Both the position numbers and the translations under genes were made by a program. From NCBI GenBank assembly GCA_001784435.1, contig MFQZ01000004.1, forward strand, positions 1-53,703: DNA of 53,703 nucleotides. The letters run 5' to 3'. This DNA is from Candidatus Magasanikbacteria bacterium RIFOXYC2_FULL_42_28. Lineage in GTDB: Bacteria; Patescibacteriota; Patescibacteriia; Magasanikbacterales; GWA2-37-8. Numbering within the stretch: position 1 is the first letter of the stretch; each line of letters opens with the position of its first letter. Positions 34,864-43,453 of this stretch are shown one piece after another. The notes beneath the pieces are model-generated. The model was not told the origin of the DNA. It was given only the letters and a program-made list of their open reading frames with translations, and ran no database searches.

Positions 34864-36854
34864 GACACTCAAATAATTTTAAATTTTATCGTTTAATCAC
34901 GGCCGTTTTTACCGGTTTATTTTTGTTGGTTTTTGGGTTTTGGCATTTGACCGCGCAATCAGCGCCACTTCTCGCCAATTATTATCTACCCTGGCAAATT
35001 CCGGCGAGCGAAGTGGCCAATTTGGCCAAGTATGATTTATTGGTGTTAGATATGGAAACGCAGGTGACCAGTCGGGCGCAAATTGAAAAAATAAAGAGTT
35101 TGAATCCGGATATAATTTTGTTGGCCTATGTAACTTCGGAAGAAATCAGCGCAAGCGCGGCTACGTCCGGAAGCAGTTTACGGCGAAAATTACGCGCCGG
35201 CATCGCGCCCGAATGGTTTTTAAAAAAGTCCGATGGCAGTAGTTTAAGTTTTTGGCCAGGCACAGTGATGTTAAATCCTTCCGATAGTTGTCCGATTGTT
35301 AATGGCTGGAAATGGAATAGTTATTTGGCGAATTTTATGACGCGAGAGGTTTTGGCGACCGGTTTATGGAGTGGGGTTTTTTATGATAATTCGTTTGACA
35401 GTATCACTTGGTTTTCCGGATCAGGGATTGATTTGAATTTGGATAAGATAAATGACATTGATCCGAATAATTCTTGGCGTGTCGGTATGCGTCAGTTATT
35501 TGCGTCCACCTACGCGACTGGTAAAAATTATTTAGTGGTTGGTAACGCGTTTGTTGACACCTATCGCCACGACAATAACGGGGTTATGATTGAAAATTTT
35601 CAGAATTTACCGTGGCAGGACGTTTTGCGAGTTTATCGCAGTCAATTAAGCGGTCAACCGCAACCGCGGGTGGTAATACTAAACGGCAATACCGGCAATA
35701 CGGGCGCGCGCGCGGACTATCGCAATGTGCGTTATGGTTTGACGACGGCGCTCATCGGCGGTGATGGCTATTTTGCTTTTGATTATGGCGATAAAGATCA
35801 CGGTCAGACCTGGTGGTATGACGAGTATGATGTTAATTTGGGCGCGCCTTTGGGCAAAGAAGTGCAAAATGGGGGAACGTATCGCCGTGATTTTGAGAGT
35901 GGCGTGGCTTTAATTAATCCGACCGAACAGACACAGACAATTGATTTGGGCGGAGAATATGAAAAAATTATTGGCACGCAAGACAAGGCGGTCAACAGTG
36001 GCGGAATTGTGAGTAAATTAAATTTGCCGAGTAAGGATGGCATTATTTTGCGCAAAACATTTCAAGATGTCAGCAATGTCTTTTTTTTAAACGGTGGCTT
36101 GGCGCGGTTTTTTACGCCTGAAGGCAAACGAGCGCGCAATGGTTTTTTTGCGTTCACGCTGGGATTTGCCGGTGGCGATATGATTTACAAGGGGGATTTA
36201 GACGGACAGACCGGTTATGAAAAAATTGCCGGCGAAAACCAAATTTTTTATGTGTTAGATAGCACCGGTAAAATTTGGCAAGACAGTTGGCCGTTTTTTA
36301 ACAGCGGTAATCCGGCGGCGACGCCCGCTAATTTAAATTTAAGCGTGGGCGAATTGGAAAAAGGTAAAGGCAAAAAAATTGTTTTGTCCGGCAGTAGCGG
36401 GGGCGCGGTTTTAATTACCACTTATTATGGCGCGCCAATTTATGAAAAAAAATATCCGCTGGGCGGAAAATATAACAAAGGTTTTAGCACGGCGGTGGGC
36501 GATACCGATGGTGGCGACGGCGAAATTATTTTGGGAACCGGCGCGGGCGTGGCAGGCGAAGTTTTGATAATGGATGCGAGCGCGTCCAAAATTAAAAAAA
36601 GATTTTATCCGTATGGTTCCGGTTTTAAAGGTGGCGTGTTTGTGGGGGCGGGTGATATTAATGGCGACGGTCGCGCGGAAGTTTTGACCGTGGCCAAAGT
36701 AAACGACAAAATATTAGTAAAAACATTTTCCGGCGTCGGCAAACAATTAAAAGAATTTTCCGCTGGCACCGCTTTGGGCTCCAATCGTTTTAGTGTGGGC
36801 GTGACTGATGTTGATGGCGACGGTAAGGTGGAGATCGTGGTGGGGAGTAATTAA
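34836..36854 (+). CDS. Secreted putative glycoside hydrolase (TIM-barrel, GHL15-like) with C-terminal FG-GAP-type repeats (start may be 34859)
   Basis: LAKYDLLVLD, WSGVFYDN, GVMIE, WWYDEY, YRRDFESGVALINP; GDINGDGRAEV and DVDGDGKVEIV repeats. Confidence 0.75.
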   Translation: MANFKWTEMRHSNNFKFYRLITAVFTGLFLLVFGFWHLTAQSAPLLANYYLPWQIPASEVANLAKYDLLVLDMETQVTSRAQIEKIKSLNPDIILLAYVTSEEISASAATSGSSLRRKLRAGIAPEWFLKKSDGSSLSFWPGTVMLNPSDSCPIVNGWKWNSYLANFMTREVLATGLWSGVFYDNSFDSITWFSGSGIDLNLDKINDIDPNNSWRVGMRQLFASTYATGKNYLVVGNAFVDTYRHDNNGVMIENFQNLPWQDVLRVYRSQLSGQPQPRVVILNGNTGNTGARADYRNVRYGLTTALIGGDGYFAFDYGDKDHGQTWWYDEYDVNLGAPLGKEVQNGGTYRRDFESGVALINPTEQTQTIDLGGEYEKIIGTQDKAVNSGGIVSKLNLPSKDGIILRKTFQDVSNVFFLNGGLARFFTPEGKRARNGFFAFTLGFAGGDMIYKGDLDGQTGYEKIAGENQIFYVLDSTGKIWQDSWPFFNSGNPAATPANLNLSVGELEKGKGKKIVLSGSSGGAVLITTYYGAPIYEKKYPLGGKYNKGFSTAVGDTDGGDGEIILGTGAGVAGEVLIMDASASKIKKRFYPYGSGFKGGVFVGAGDINGDGRAEVLTVAKVNDKILVKTFSGVGKQLKEFSAGTALGSNRFSVGVTDVDGDGKVEIVVGSN

Positions 36855-36855
36855 A

Positions 36856-37791
36856 TTATCTGCCGGTAATAAGTAGCGCCACTGTACCGTTTGGCTCCCA
36901 GCCGTTTGCGAGCGCCTGACGCAACCCGACGAGCGCCAAAGCGCTGTTGGGCGATAATTTTATTTTTTCAGTTTTAAACGCGAGCGCCATCGCGTTTTTT
37001 ATTTCTTTATTTGTTGCCATATAACCGACACCGCGAGATTTTTTTAAGGCCTCTAAAATTTCCGGTTTGCGCAGACCGACTTTGTCTACGATTGCCGAGG
37101 CGAGTGAGTGAACCACCCCTTTGGTCCCCTCCTTGAAAAGGAGGGGAGAAGCGATTGCCCTCTCCTTTTCAAGGAGGGGGGAGGGGGTGGTTTTTACGAA
37201 AGGGTGACAAGCATCAGTTTGCACAATATGCACCGGTATTTTGCCCTTGGAAGCCACGTAAAGGCCCACCGCCGTTGTTCCGCTTGAAGTCGGTATGAAG
37301 ACCGCTTTTAGGTCTTTGATTTTACTTAGTTCAGCGTAGAGGCCGGCATAGCCCACAAGCGCCAAATTATCCGTAGATTGGCGCAGTAATTGCGCGCCCA
37401 TTTTGGCTAACAAAAACGCCGATTGTTTAGGGTTCTCGGTTTTGGCGATGGTGATAAATTTATTTTTTATTGTTTTTAGTTTTAATAATTTTTCTTTATC
37501 AATATTTTTGCCAATAAAAATTGCTAAATGTAGTGGATCGGTTTTGTGTTGGCGATTATAATCGCGCACATATAACCCGGCCGCGAGCGCCGCGTTGCCG
37601 GATGAAGAAATTACAAAATCGCGTTCACCTTGGGAAGCGTATTTTTTTATCATTAGCGGGATTGACCGCCCCTTGTGCGAGCCGTAGGGGTGAAGGTCTT
37701 CGCGCTTAAGATAGAGGGCGGTTTTTAGTCCTAATGCTTCAGCAAGTTTTTTGGCTTGGGGTTGGGGCGTTACAGGCATTGACATTGTCAT
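36856..37791 (-). CDS. PLP-dependent fold-type II enzyme (threonine synthase/dehydratase-like)
   Basis: LYLKREDLHPYGSHKGR, SSSGNAA, PTSSGTT, SPNSALAL. Confidence 0.88.
   Translation of the reverse strand: MTMSMPVTPQPQAKKLAEALGLKTALYLKREDLHPYGSHKGRSIPLMIKKYASQGERDFVISSSGNAALAAGLYVRDYNRQHKTDPLHLAIFIGKNIDKEKLLKLKTIKNKFITIAKTENPKQSAFLLAKMGAQLLRQSTDNLALVGYAGLYAELSKIKDLKAVFIPTSSGTTAVGLYVASKGKIPVHIVQTDACHPFVKTTPSPLLEKERAIASPLLFKEGTKGVVHSLASAIVDKVGLRKPEILEALKKSRGVGYMATNKEIKNAMALAFKTEKIKLSPNSALALVGLRQALANGWEPNGTVALLITGR
37111..37192. repeat. In-frame CCCCT/AGGGG palindromic insertion inside the PLP enzyme gene
   Basis: Double hairpin cccctccttgaaaaggagggg / ccctctccttttcaaggaggggg translating to TTPSPLLEKERAIASPLLFKEGTKGVV. 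Confidence 0.8.
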
Positions 37792-37837
37792 AAAAAAGGT
37801 GTATAATGCGACTATATTTATAAATACTATATATTAT

Positions 37838-38002
37838 ATGCGTCTAGTTTGCCCAGAATGTAAAAATGATGTTGATTTATCTTCTTATGTTGATATGGAA
37901 AACGGCATCGTTGTGGAATGTGATTCTTGCGGTATGACTTTGGAAGTTACCAACTGCGAAAGTGACCCAATCGCCGCCCAAATCGTGGAAGAAGGCAAGT
38001 AA
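37838..38002 (+). CDS. LysW-like zinc-ribbon small protein, 54 aa
   Basis: CPEC...VECDSCGMTLEV. Ends VEEGK rather than EDWGE. Confidence 0.75.
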   Translation: MRLVCPECKNDVDLSSYVDMENGIVVECDSCGMTLEVTNCESDPIAAQIVEEGK

Positions 38003-38554
38003 TTATTTTTTAAACAATAAATTCCGCAATTCGTCCAAACGGTTGCGGATTTTTAATTGGGCGATGTGGAGGGCGAAATCCGTGCCGTAGAAGTTGTCTT
38101 GCAAAATCAGATCAATAAACTCATCAAAATTGACGCCAAAGGTTCTTATTTTTTCACCTGCATCCAGATTTTGTTCTTGCACCTTTTGGCAATCGCGGGC
38201 CACAAAATAATATAAAATCCAATCTAATTTGGCGTGCGGCTCAAATGTTTTATACAACTCCCAATCAGCGCTCGATAATCCGCTTTCTTCCAACAATTCG
38301 CGTTTGGCGCCAGATTCAGGCGACTCATTCGGATTTTGTCGGCCACCTAAAAACCCTAAGTCGCGTTTATGTCCGGGCTGTTCTTGTTCGCTGATTATTA
38401 TTTTATCTCCTATCGTTGGGATTACCATTAGCGTATTCGGGCGTTTGATTTTTTCAAAGGTTGAGAGTGTGCCGTCAAACATTTCTTGCTCCCACTGATA
38501 AACGTCAAAAATTACACCGCTAAAAACTTTTTTTGCTTGGTCGGGTATTTTCAT
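38003..38554 (-). CDS. Nudix hydrolase (ADP-ribose pyrophosphatase-like)
   Basis: GGRQNPNESPESGAKRELLEESG Nudix box, QNLDAGE. Confidence 0.9.
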   Translation of the reverse strand: MKIPDQAKKVFSGVIFDVYQWEQEMFDGTLSTFEKIKRPNTLMVIPTIGDKIIISEQEQPGHKRDLGFLGGRQNPNESPESGAKRELLEESGLSSADWELYKTFEPHAKLDWILYYFVARDCQKVQEQNLDAGEKIRTFGVNFDEFIDLILQDNFYGTDFALHIAQLKIRNRLDELRNLLFKK

Positions 38555-38555
38555 A

Positions 38556-40079
38556 TTATTTTAATAATTCTTCAATCATCCCGCGCCAACCGTGGCTTCC
38601 CAAAAATACCGCGCAATCATCCGGTCCGGTATTATCTTTTATATACTCTACCAATTTCTCGTCGTCGTCAATGTATTTTGTGTTCGGTTGGGAGTTTTTA
38701 ATAATTTTTGATAATTCTTCGCCGTTTAAATGTTTGGAATCAATTGTAGTTTTGATTTTAGTTAAGCGGGGGATAACCACTTCGGTGGCATTATTAAAAG
38801 CATTTGCATAAGCGGGCACAGATTGGAGCTCGCGATTGCCGGTGTTGGGTTCAAAGATAGCAATAATTTTTCCGGAATAAATTTGTTTTAAACTCTTTAG
38901 CACTGCTTGGGCTTTGGTGGGTGAGTGGGCGATGTCGTCAAACACGGTGGCGCCGGTAGTCGTGGTTCCGCGATTTTCCAGTCGGCGTTTGATGCCATGA
39001 AAATTTTTAACACTCGCAATAATTTGTTGGGGCGCGATGCCAATGCTTTCTGCCAGGGCGAACGCTCCGCAGATATTGTCTGCCATGTAATCGCCTAAAA
39101 TTTCAGATTTTAGATTATAGACCCCAGTAGTAGAACCTGAAGGTTCACTACGGGGCGCAGTTTCAGATTGGTGTTTAATTTTGAATGTTAAGCCAGATTT
39201 GGTGGACAAAACATCAGTATATTGATAATCGCAGTTTGTGTTGGCACCGTAAGTGACGATGCGCAATTTTTTGTCATTCCAAGCGTCAAGCGAGGGATCT
39301 CCATTATCGCACGAGTTTGCGGATGGAGATTTCTCGCCCCTGCGGGGATTCGGAATGACAGATAGTGCCTTTTCTGATACGACCAGTAATCCATTTTTTG
39401 GCAATTGGGCGATTAATTTTTTAAACGCTTCCAAATATAATTTTTCCGTTGGATACACATCAGCGTGGTCCCATGTGGCCGAAGTCAAAAGTAGGTGAGT
39501 GGAGTGGTAATGAAAAAATTTTGCGCTTGGGTCCGTACGGCTGGTTTTGTACTCATCGCCTTCTATTATACTATACTGTCCACCCCGGTCGTCGGCCGAT
39601 AGGTCTAAATCGGTGGCCACAGCGCCAAACATATAAGCCGGGTTAAATTTCGCGTCAATTAAAATTTTGGCAAGTAGCGCGGTAGTCGTAGTTTTAGCAT
39701 AAGTGCCGGCGCAAACAATGGAATTGGTTTTGATTAAATTTTGTTCAATTAATTCCGGATAGGACAGGTACGGAATATTATTTTTCAAAACAAATTTTAA
39801 TTCCGGGTTTTGTGAGCCCGCGACATTACCGACGACCACTAAATCCGGTCGGGCTGTCTCCCCCTGCCCGAGGGGGAGATTAAGAGGGGGTGGGAGCGCA
39901 CCAATTTTCTCGGGATGCCAACCGGCGTAATATTTAATATTGTGCTTTGTTAAATGCGTGGAAACAGGCGGATAAAAACCCACATCCGAACCGGTTACCA
40001 ACCAGCCCTTTTTCTGCCACAAAACCGCGAGCGCCCCCATGCCCACGCCACAGATGCCGATAAAGTGGATGTGCTTCAT
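38556..40079 (-). CDS. mpl: Mur ligase, Mpl/MurC-type
   Basis: HIHFIGICGVGMGALA, VTGSD..YPP, AGTYAKTTT, IIEGDEY, DHADVY, FDDIAHSPT, FEP. Confidence 0.8.
   Translation of the reverse strand: MKHIHFIGICGVGMGALAVLWQKKGWLVTGSDVGFYPPVSTHLTKHNIKYYAGWHPEKIGALPPPLNLPLGQGETARPDLVVVGNVAGSQNPELKFVLKNNIPYLSYPELIEQNLIKTNSIVCAGTYAKTTTTALLAKILIDAKFNPAYMFGAVATDLDLSADDRGGQYSIIEGDEYKTSRTDPSAKFFHYHSTHLLLTSATWDHADVYPTEKLYLEAFKKLIAQLPKNGLLVVSEKALSVIPNPRRGEKSPSANSCDNGDPSLDAWNDKKLRIVTYGANTNCDYQYTDVLSTKSGLTFKIKHQSETAPRSEPSGSTTGVYNLKSEILGDYMADNICGAFALAESIGIAPQQIIASVKNFHGIKRRLENRGTTTTGATVFDDIAHSPTKAQAVLKSLKQIYSGKIIAIFEPNTGNRELQSVPAYANAFNNATEVVIPRLTKIKTTIDSKHLNGEELSKIIKNSQPNTKYIDDDEKLVEYIKDNTGPDDCAVFLGSHGWRGMIEELLK
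39122..39155. repeat. In-frame palindromic insertion in mpl
   Basis: ccccagtagtagaacc-tgaa-ggttcactacgggg. Confidence 0.75.
39272..39360. repeat. In-frame TGTCAT-family palindromic insertion in mpl
   Basis: tgtcattcc ... ggaatgaca terminal inverted repeats. Confidence 0.85.
39857..39896. repeat. In-frame CCCCT-family insertion in mpl (relative at 8278..8318 in ppsA)
   Basis: ctcccaccccctc...ccccctcgggcagggg shared with the ppsA insertion. Confidence 0.8.
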
Positions 40080-40085
40080 GAAAAT

Positions 40086-40739
40086 TTAAAATTTTATTTT
40101 AAAATATTTTTTTATTTCTTCAATACCGCTATTCCATTTTTTGCCATCAAACCATTCAACGCCAGTGAACTGAAATTTATAGAGCGCTTTTTCATCTTTG
40201 GCCGAGCCCAAGTAAATATATTTTTTATTTTGTTCTTTCGCCCAGACAATTGCTTTTGTCATCATACCAATGCCAAGATTGATATTATCGGCGGACAGGT
40301 TATAAAATGGATAGGAATAGTGTAAAATGTTTTTAGTTTGGAAACAGATGGCGTAGCCGAGCGGTTTATCGGCGCTATAAATTAACAATAAATTAAAATT
40401 ACTTTTATCCGCATCAGTCAGCAATTCTTTTATTTTATTCGCGGAAAACGTCTTATCCCCGAATTTTTGAGAATAAAATTCATGGCCGAGTTTGTGAATA
40501 CTCCAATCATAATCGGGGTGGGGGAGAGCGACAGTTTCCAATTTGATGTTTTCGGTTTTGCGCAATACCCGACGGTTCTCGCTGGATAATTCAAATTTTG
40601 TTAAATCCACTCGTACACTGCGAGTTTGATCCATTTCGCCATAGCCCTTGCGCGTAAAAACAAAACCAGTATCGTATAAACTGTTGATATTTTCTTCGGT
40701 AAAATCTTTGATATTTTTAATAGCCCATTTCAGATACAT
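40086..40739 (-). CDS. Arginyl/leucyl-tRNA protein transferase-like (ATE C-terminal, GNAT fold) protein; probable start MYLKW
   Basis: SVRVDLTKFELSSENRRVLRK and YSYPFY..LGIGMMTKAIVWAKEQNKKYIYLG. Confidence 0.75.
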   Translation of the reverse strand: MYLKWAIKNIKDFTEENINSLYDTGFVFTRKGYGEMDQTRSVRVDLTKFELSSENRRVLRKTENIKLETVALPHPDYDWSIHKLGHEFYSQKFGDKTFSANKIKELLTDADKSNFNLLLIYSADKPLGYAICFQTKNILHYSYPFYNLSADNINLGIGMMTKAIVWAKEQNKKYIYLGSAKDEKALYKFQFTGVEWFDGKKWNSGIEEIKKYFKIKF

Positions 40740-40745
40740 AATTTT

Positions 40746-40851
40746 TAATTTCAAAATCCAAATTTCCAATGTCAAATCAATGTCAAAGCCAAAATGTCAA
40801 ATTTGATATTGGGATTTTGGCTTTGATTGGAAATTGGAAATTTGACATTTG
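40746..40851 (-). repeat. Heptamer-periodic inverted-repeat element
   Basis: Reverse complement of the 17631/18552 family. Ends 7 nt before ATG 40739. Confidence 0.85.
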
Positions 40852-41967
40852 TTATTTATAGAAGGCCACCCACAACCCCACAAACACCATAAATCCGTGT
40901 ATTATCCAAAACCGCATCACAATCTTTTCTTCGCTCCAGCCCGCGAGTTCAAAGTGGTGGTGAATGGGCGCCATTTTAAATACTCGTTTGCCGAGCAGAC
41001 GGCGAGAAAATACTTGAATGATTACAGTAATAGCTTCCAGATAAAAAATAAATCCCAAAAATGGCAAAAGCATAATGCGGTCAATGGCAATGGCGTTCAT
41101 AGCGAGTAGCGCCCCTAACCCCAAAGACCCAACATCACCCATTTGAAAACGCGCCGGTTTGATATTAAAATAGGTGTAAGCGATTAAAGCGCCCACGACC
41201 GTGGCGTTAAGTGGGGCAAAAGCCGTGCGCCCTTCGATCCAACAGATTAAAGTTAATGCCGAAAAAGTAATAATCAACGATCCTCCGGCCAGGCCGTCCA
41301 AGCCATCGGCGATATTGACGGCGTTGGCGGTGAACATCACAAAGAAAATTATTAAGGGGATAATCCATAATCCCAAAGACACTTGTCCGTCAAATGGCAT
41401 CCAGATAGAATGCCAACTTTCGCCTAATTTAAAATAGACCCACCACGCGGCCACCGCTCCGGCTAAAAATTGTAGTAAAAGTTTTTCGTGGACAAAAATT
41501 CCGCGCCCCGGTTTTGACCCCAAGACACGCACCGCTCGTCTAAAAGCGACCCAGGGTAAAGTTAAAATATACCAAATACGCGTGTACCAATGGCGATGGA
41601 CTTTTATCAAAGTTAATGTTTGGTGAAATGAGCGCAAATGCCGTTGAATACCAAAAATGTTCATGAGGTCATCAGCCGCGCCGAGCAAGGCCGCGATACT
41701 CATCACACCCATGGGTACATAAGTGAATTTGCGGTCCCAATTAAATAGCAGGGTAATTACCGCTACTGTTATCACTACCAGTAGCCCGCCCATAATCGGC
41801 GTACCCACCTTGCTCTGTTTTTCACCGCGTAAAGTATAATCAAAATCGCCACGGCGGGTAATTTTATATTTGTATAATAATTTTGTTAAAAGTGGCGCCC
41901 ACAAAAAAGCACCGATACAGGCGGCGAGGAGATAAGTGAGGGAGGTTTGGAGGAGTTCGATGTTCAT
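40852..41967 (-). CDS. mraY: Phospho-N-acetylmuramoyl-pentapeptide transferase
   Basis: KVGTPIMGGL, LGAADD, NAVNIADGLDGLAGG, PARFQMGDVGSL, FKMAPIHHHFE. Confidence 0.97.
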   Translation of the reverse strand: MNIELLQTSLTYLLAACIGAFLWAPLLTKLLYKYKITRRGDFDYTLRGEKQSKVGTPIMGGLLVVITVAVITLLFNWDRKFTYVPMGVMSIAALLGAADDLMNIFGIQRHLRSFHQTLTLIKVHRHWYTRIWYILTLPWVAFRRAVRVLGSKPGRGIFVHEKLLLQFLAGAVAAWWVYFKLGESWHSIWMPFDGQVSLGLWIIPLIIFFVMFTANAVNIADGLDGLAGGSLIITFSALTLICWIEGRTAFAPLNATVVGALIAYTYFNIKPARFQMGDVGSLGLGALLAMNAIAIDRIMLLPFLGFIFYLEAITVIIQVFSRRLLGKRVFKMAPIHHHFELAGWSEEKIVMRFWIIHGFMVFVGLWVAFYK

Positions 41968-42037
41968 TATTTAGAGTTTAGTATTTAGGGTTTAGTGTTT
42001 ATAATATACTACCTCAAAAGTCCTTAATTTTCAAGGG

Positions 42038-43330
42038 TTAAGTCATTAACCAGCCACCATCTTGTCTTACCAATAATTCGCTCGCCTCCATCGGTTCCGC
42101 CATAATTTCTTTAACAATTTTTTCCATGCGCGCGCCCTGCGAGCCCTTTATTAAAATCAAATCATTTTGCGCCATTTTTTCTTGTAAAAATTTACCGGCT
42201 TGGGCACTGTTATCAAAGGAAGCAATTTTATTGTCGTCTAATCCAGCTTCGCGCGCCGAGGTAGCCGTGTGTTTGCTGGCTTCGCCAACAGTGATCAGAA
42301 ATTCCACTCCGGTTTCGGCCACCATAAAGCCGATTTCGCGATGAGCATTTTCCGTTTCTGACCCTAATTCCAACATGTCTCCCAAAACCGCGAAACGACG
42401 CGCACCCGGCTTAATGTCAATTTTTGTAAGGGTGCGCAAAGCCGATTTGGTTGGTTCTGGTGAGGAGTTATAAGTGTCATCGATAATCATCGTATTTTTT
42501 ACCCCTGGGATTAACCGCATATGTCCGGCCATCGGTGCGGTTTTTTTAATAGCTTCGATACCCTCTATTAAATTAACACCAAATATTAACCCAACCGCCA
42601 GGCCGGCCAAAGCCGAAGGAATTAAATGTTCAGCTACGGCATCAGGTAAAAAAGCCGGCACGATGTTGCCTTTGTAATTTAGTTTGAAATTTAATCCGGT
42701 TGGCCAGTCGTTGTCATTGTAAATAATGTTTACATCGCTGGCGCGTAAATCCGCGCCGTCGTTAAACCCAAAAGTGATGATTTCGGCTTTGGTTAAATGG
42801 GCATTTTCCATTACAAGCGTGTTATCATAATTTAACACGGCAAAGTCGCCTTTGTCCAAGTGGGTAATTATCTGCCTTTTTTCTTGCGCGATTTTTTTCA
42901 AAGTTTTGAAATATTCGGTGTGAGCATGAGAAATATAAGTCAGGACGCCCACTTTGCAAGGCGCGATGTCTGTCAGGTATTTGATATCGCCCGGACGGTC
43001 CGCGCCCATTTCCAAAACCAAAATGTCCGGATAATTTTCCGCGCGTTTTATAATTAGCTTAAGCGCCACGCCTAATACGGATAGCCATCCTAGCGCCGAA
43101 TGTCCGGGAGTTTCTTTGACGCCGATGACCGCGAGCGGTAGGCCGATTTGGTTGTTGTAATTCTTGTAGCTTTTACGAACATTAAAACGTGTCGCGAGTA
43201 CCGCGGCCGTAATTTCTTTGGTAGAAGTTTTTCCCACCGAACCGGTAATGCCGACGATGTCGGGGCTATACTTTTTTATGATTTTTTTTGTTAGAAAACG
43301 GAGAATGTAGAAGAGAATAGATTTTAGCAT
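42038..43330 (-). CDS. murF: UDP-N-acetylmuramoyl-tripeptide--D-Ala-D-Ala ligase (probable start MLKSIL)
   Basis: GITGSVGKTSTKE, NYNNQIGLPL, VLEMGADRPGDI, IIDDTYNSSP, VLGDMLELG, IKGS. Confidence 0.95.
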   Translation of the reverse strand: MLKSILFYILRFLTKKIIKKYSPDIVGITGSVGKTSTKEITAAVLATRFNVRKSYKNYNNQIGLPLAVIGVKETPGHSALGWLSVLGVALKLIIKRAENYPDILVLEMGADRPGDIKYLTDIAPCKVGVLTYISHAHTEYFKTLKKIAQEKRQIITHLDKGDFAVLNYDNTLVMENAHLTKAEIITFGFNDGADLRASDVNIIYNDNDWPTGLNFKLNYKGNIVPAFLPDAVAEHLIPSALAGLAVGLIFGVNLIEGIEAIKKTAPMAGHMRLIPGVKNTMIIDDTYNSSPEPTKSALRTLTKIDIKPGARRFAVLGDMLELGSETENAHREIGFMVAETGVEFLITVGEASKHTATSAREAGLDDNKIASFDNSAQAGKFLQEKMAQNDLILIKGSQGARMEKIVKEIMAEPMEASELLVRQDGGWLMT

Positions 43331-43344
43331 AAAATTTTTATTAT

Positions 43345-43447
43345 TAATTTCAAAATCCAAATTTCCAATTTCAAATCAATGTCAAAGCCAAAATGTCAAT
43401 TTGTAATTTGGATTTGATTTGAAATTGGAAATTTGATATTTGACATT
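43345..43447 (-). repeat. Heptamer-periodic inverted-repeat element
   Basis: Same family, between the PBP gene and murF. Confidence 0.85.
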
Positions 43448-43453
43448 TCGTCA

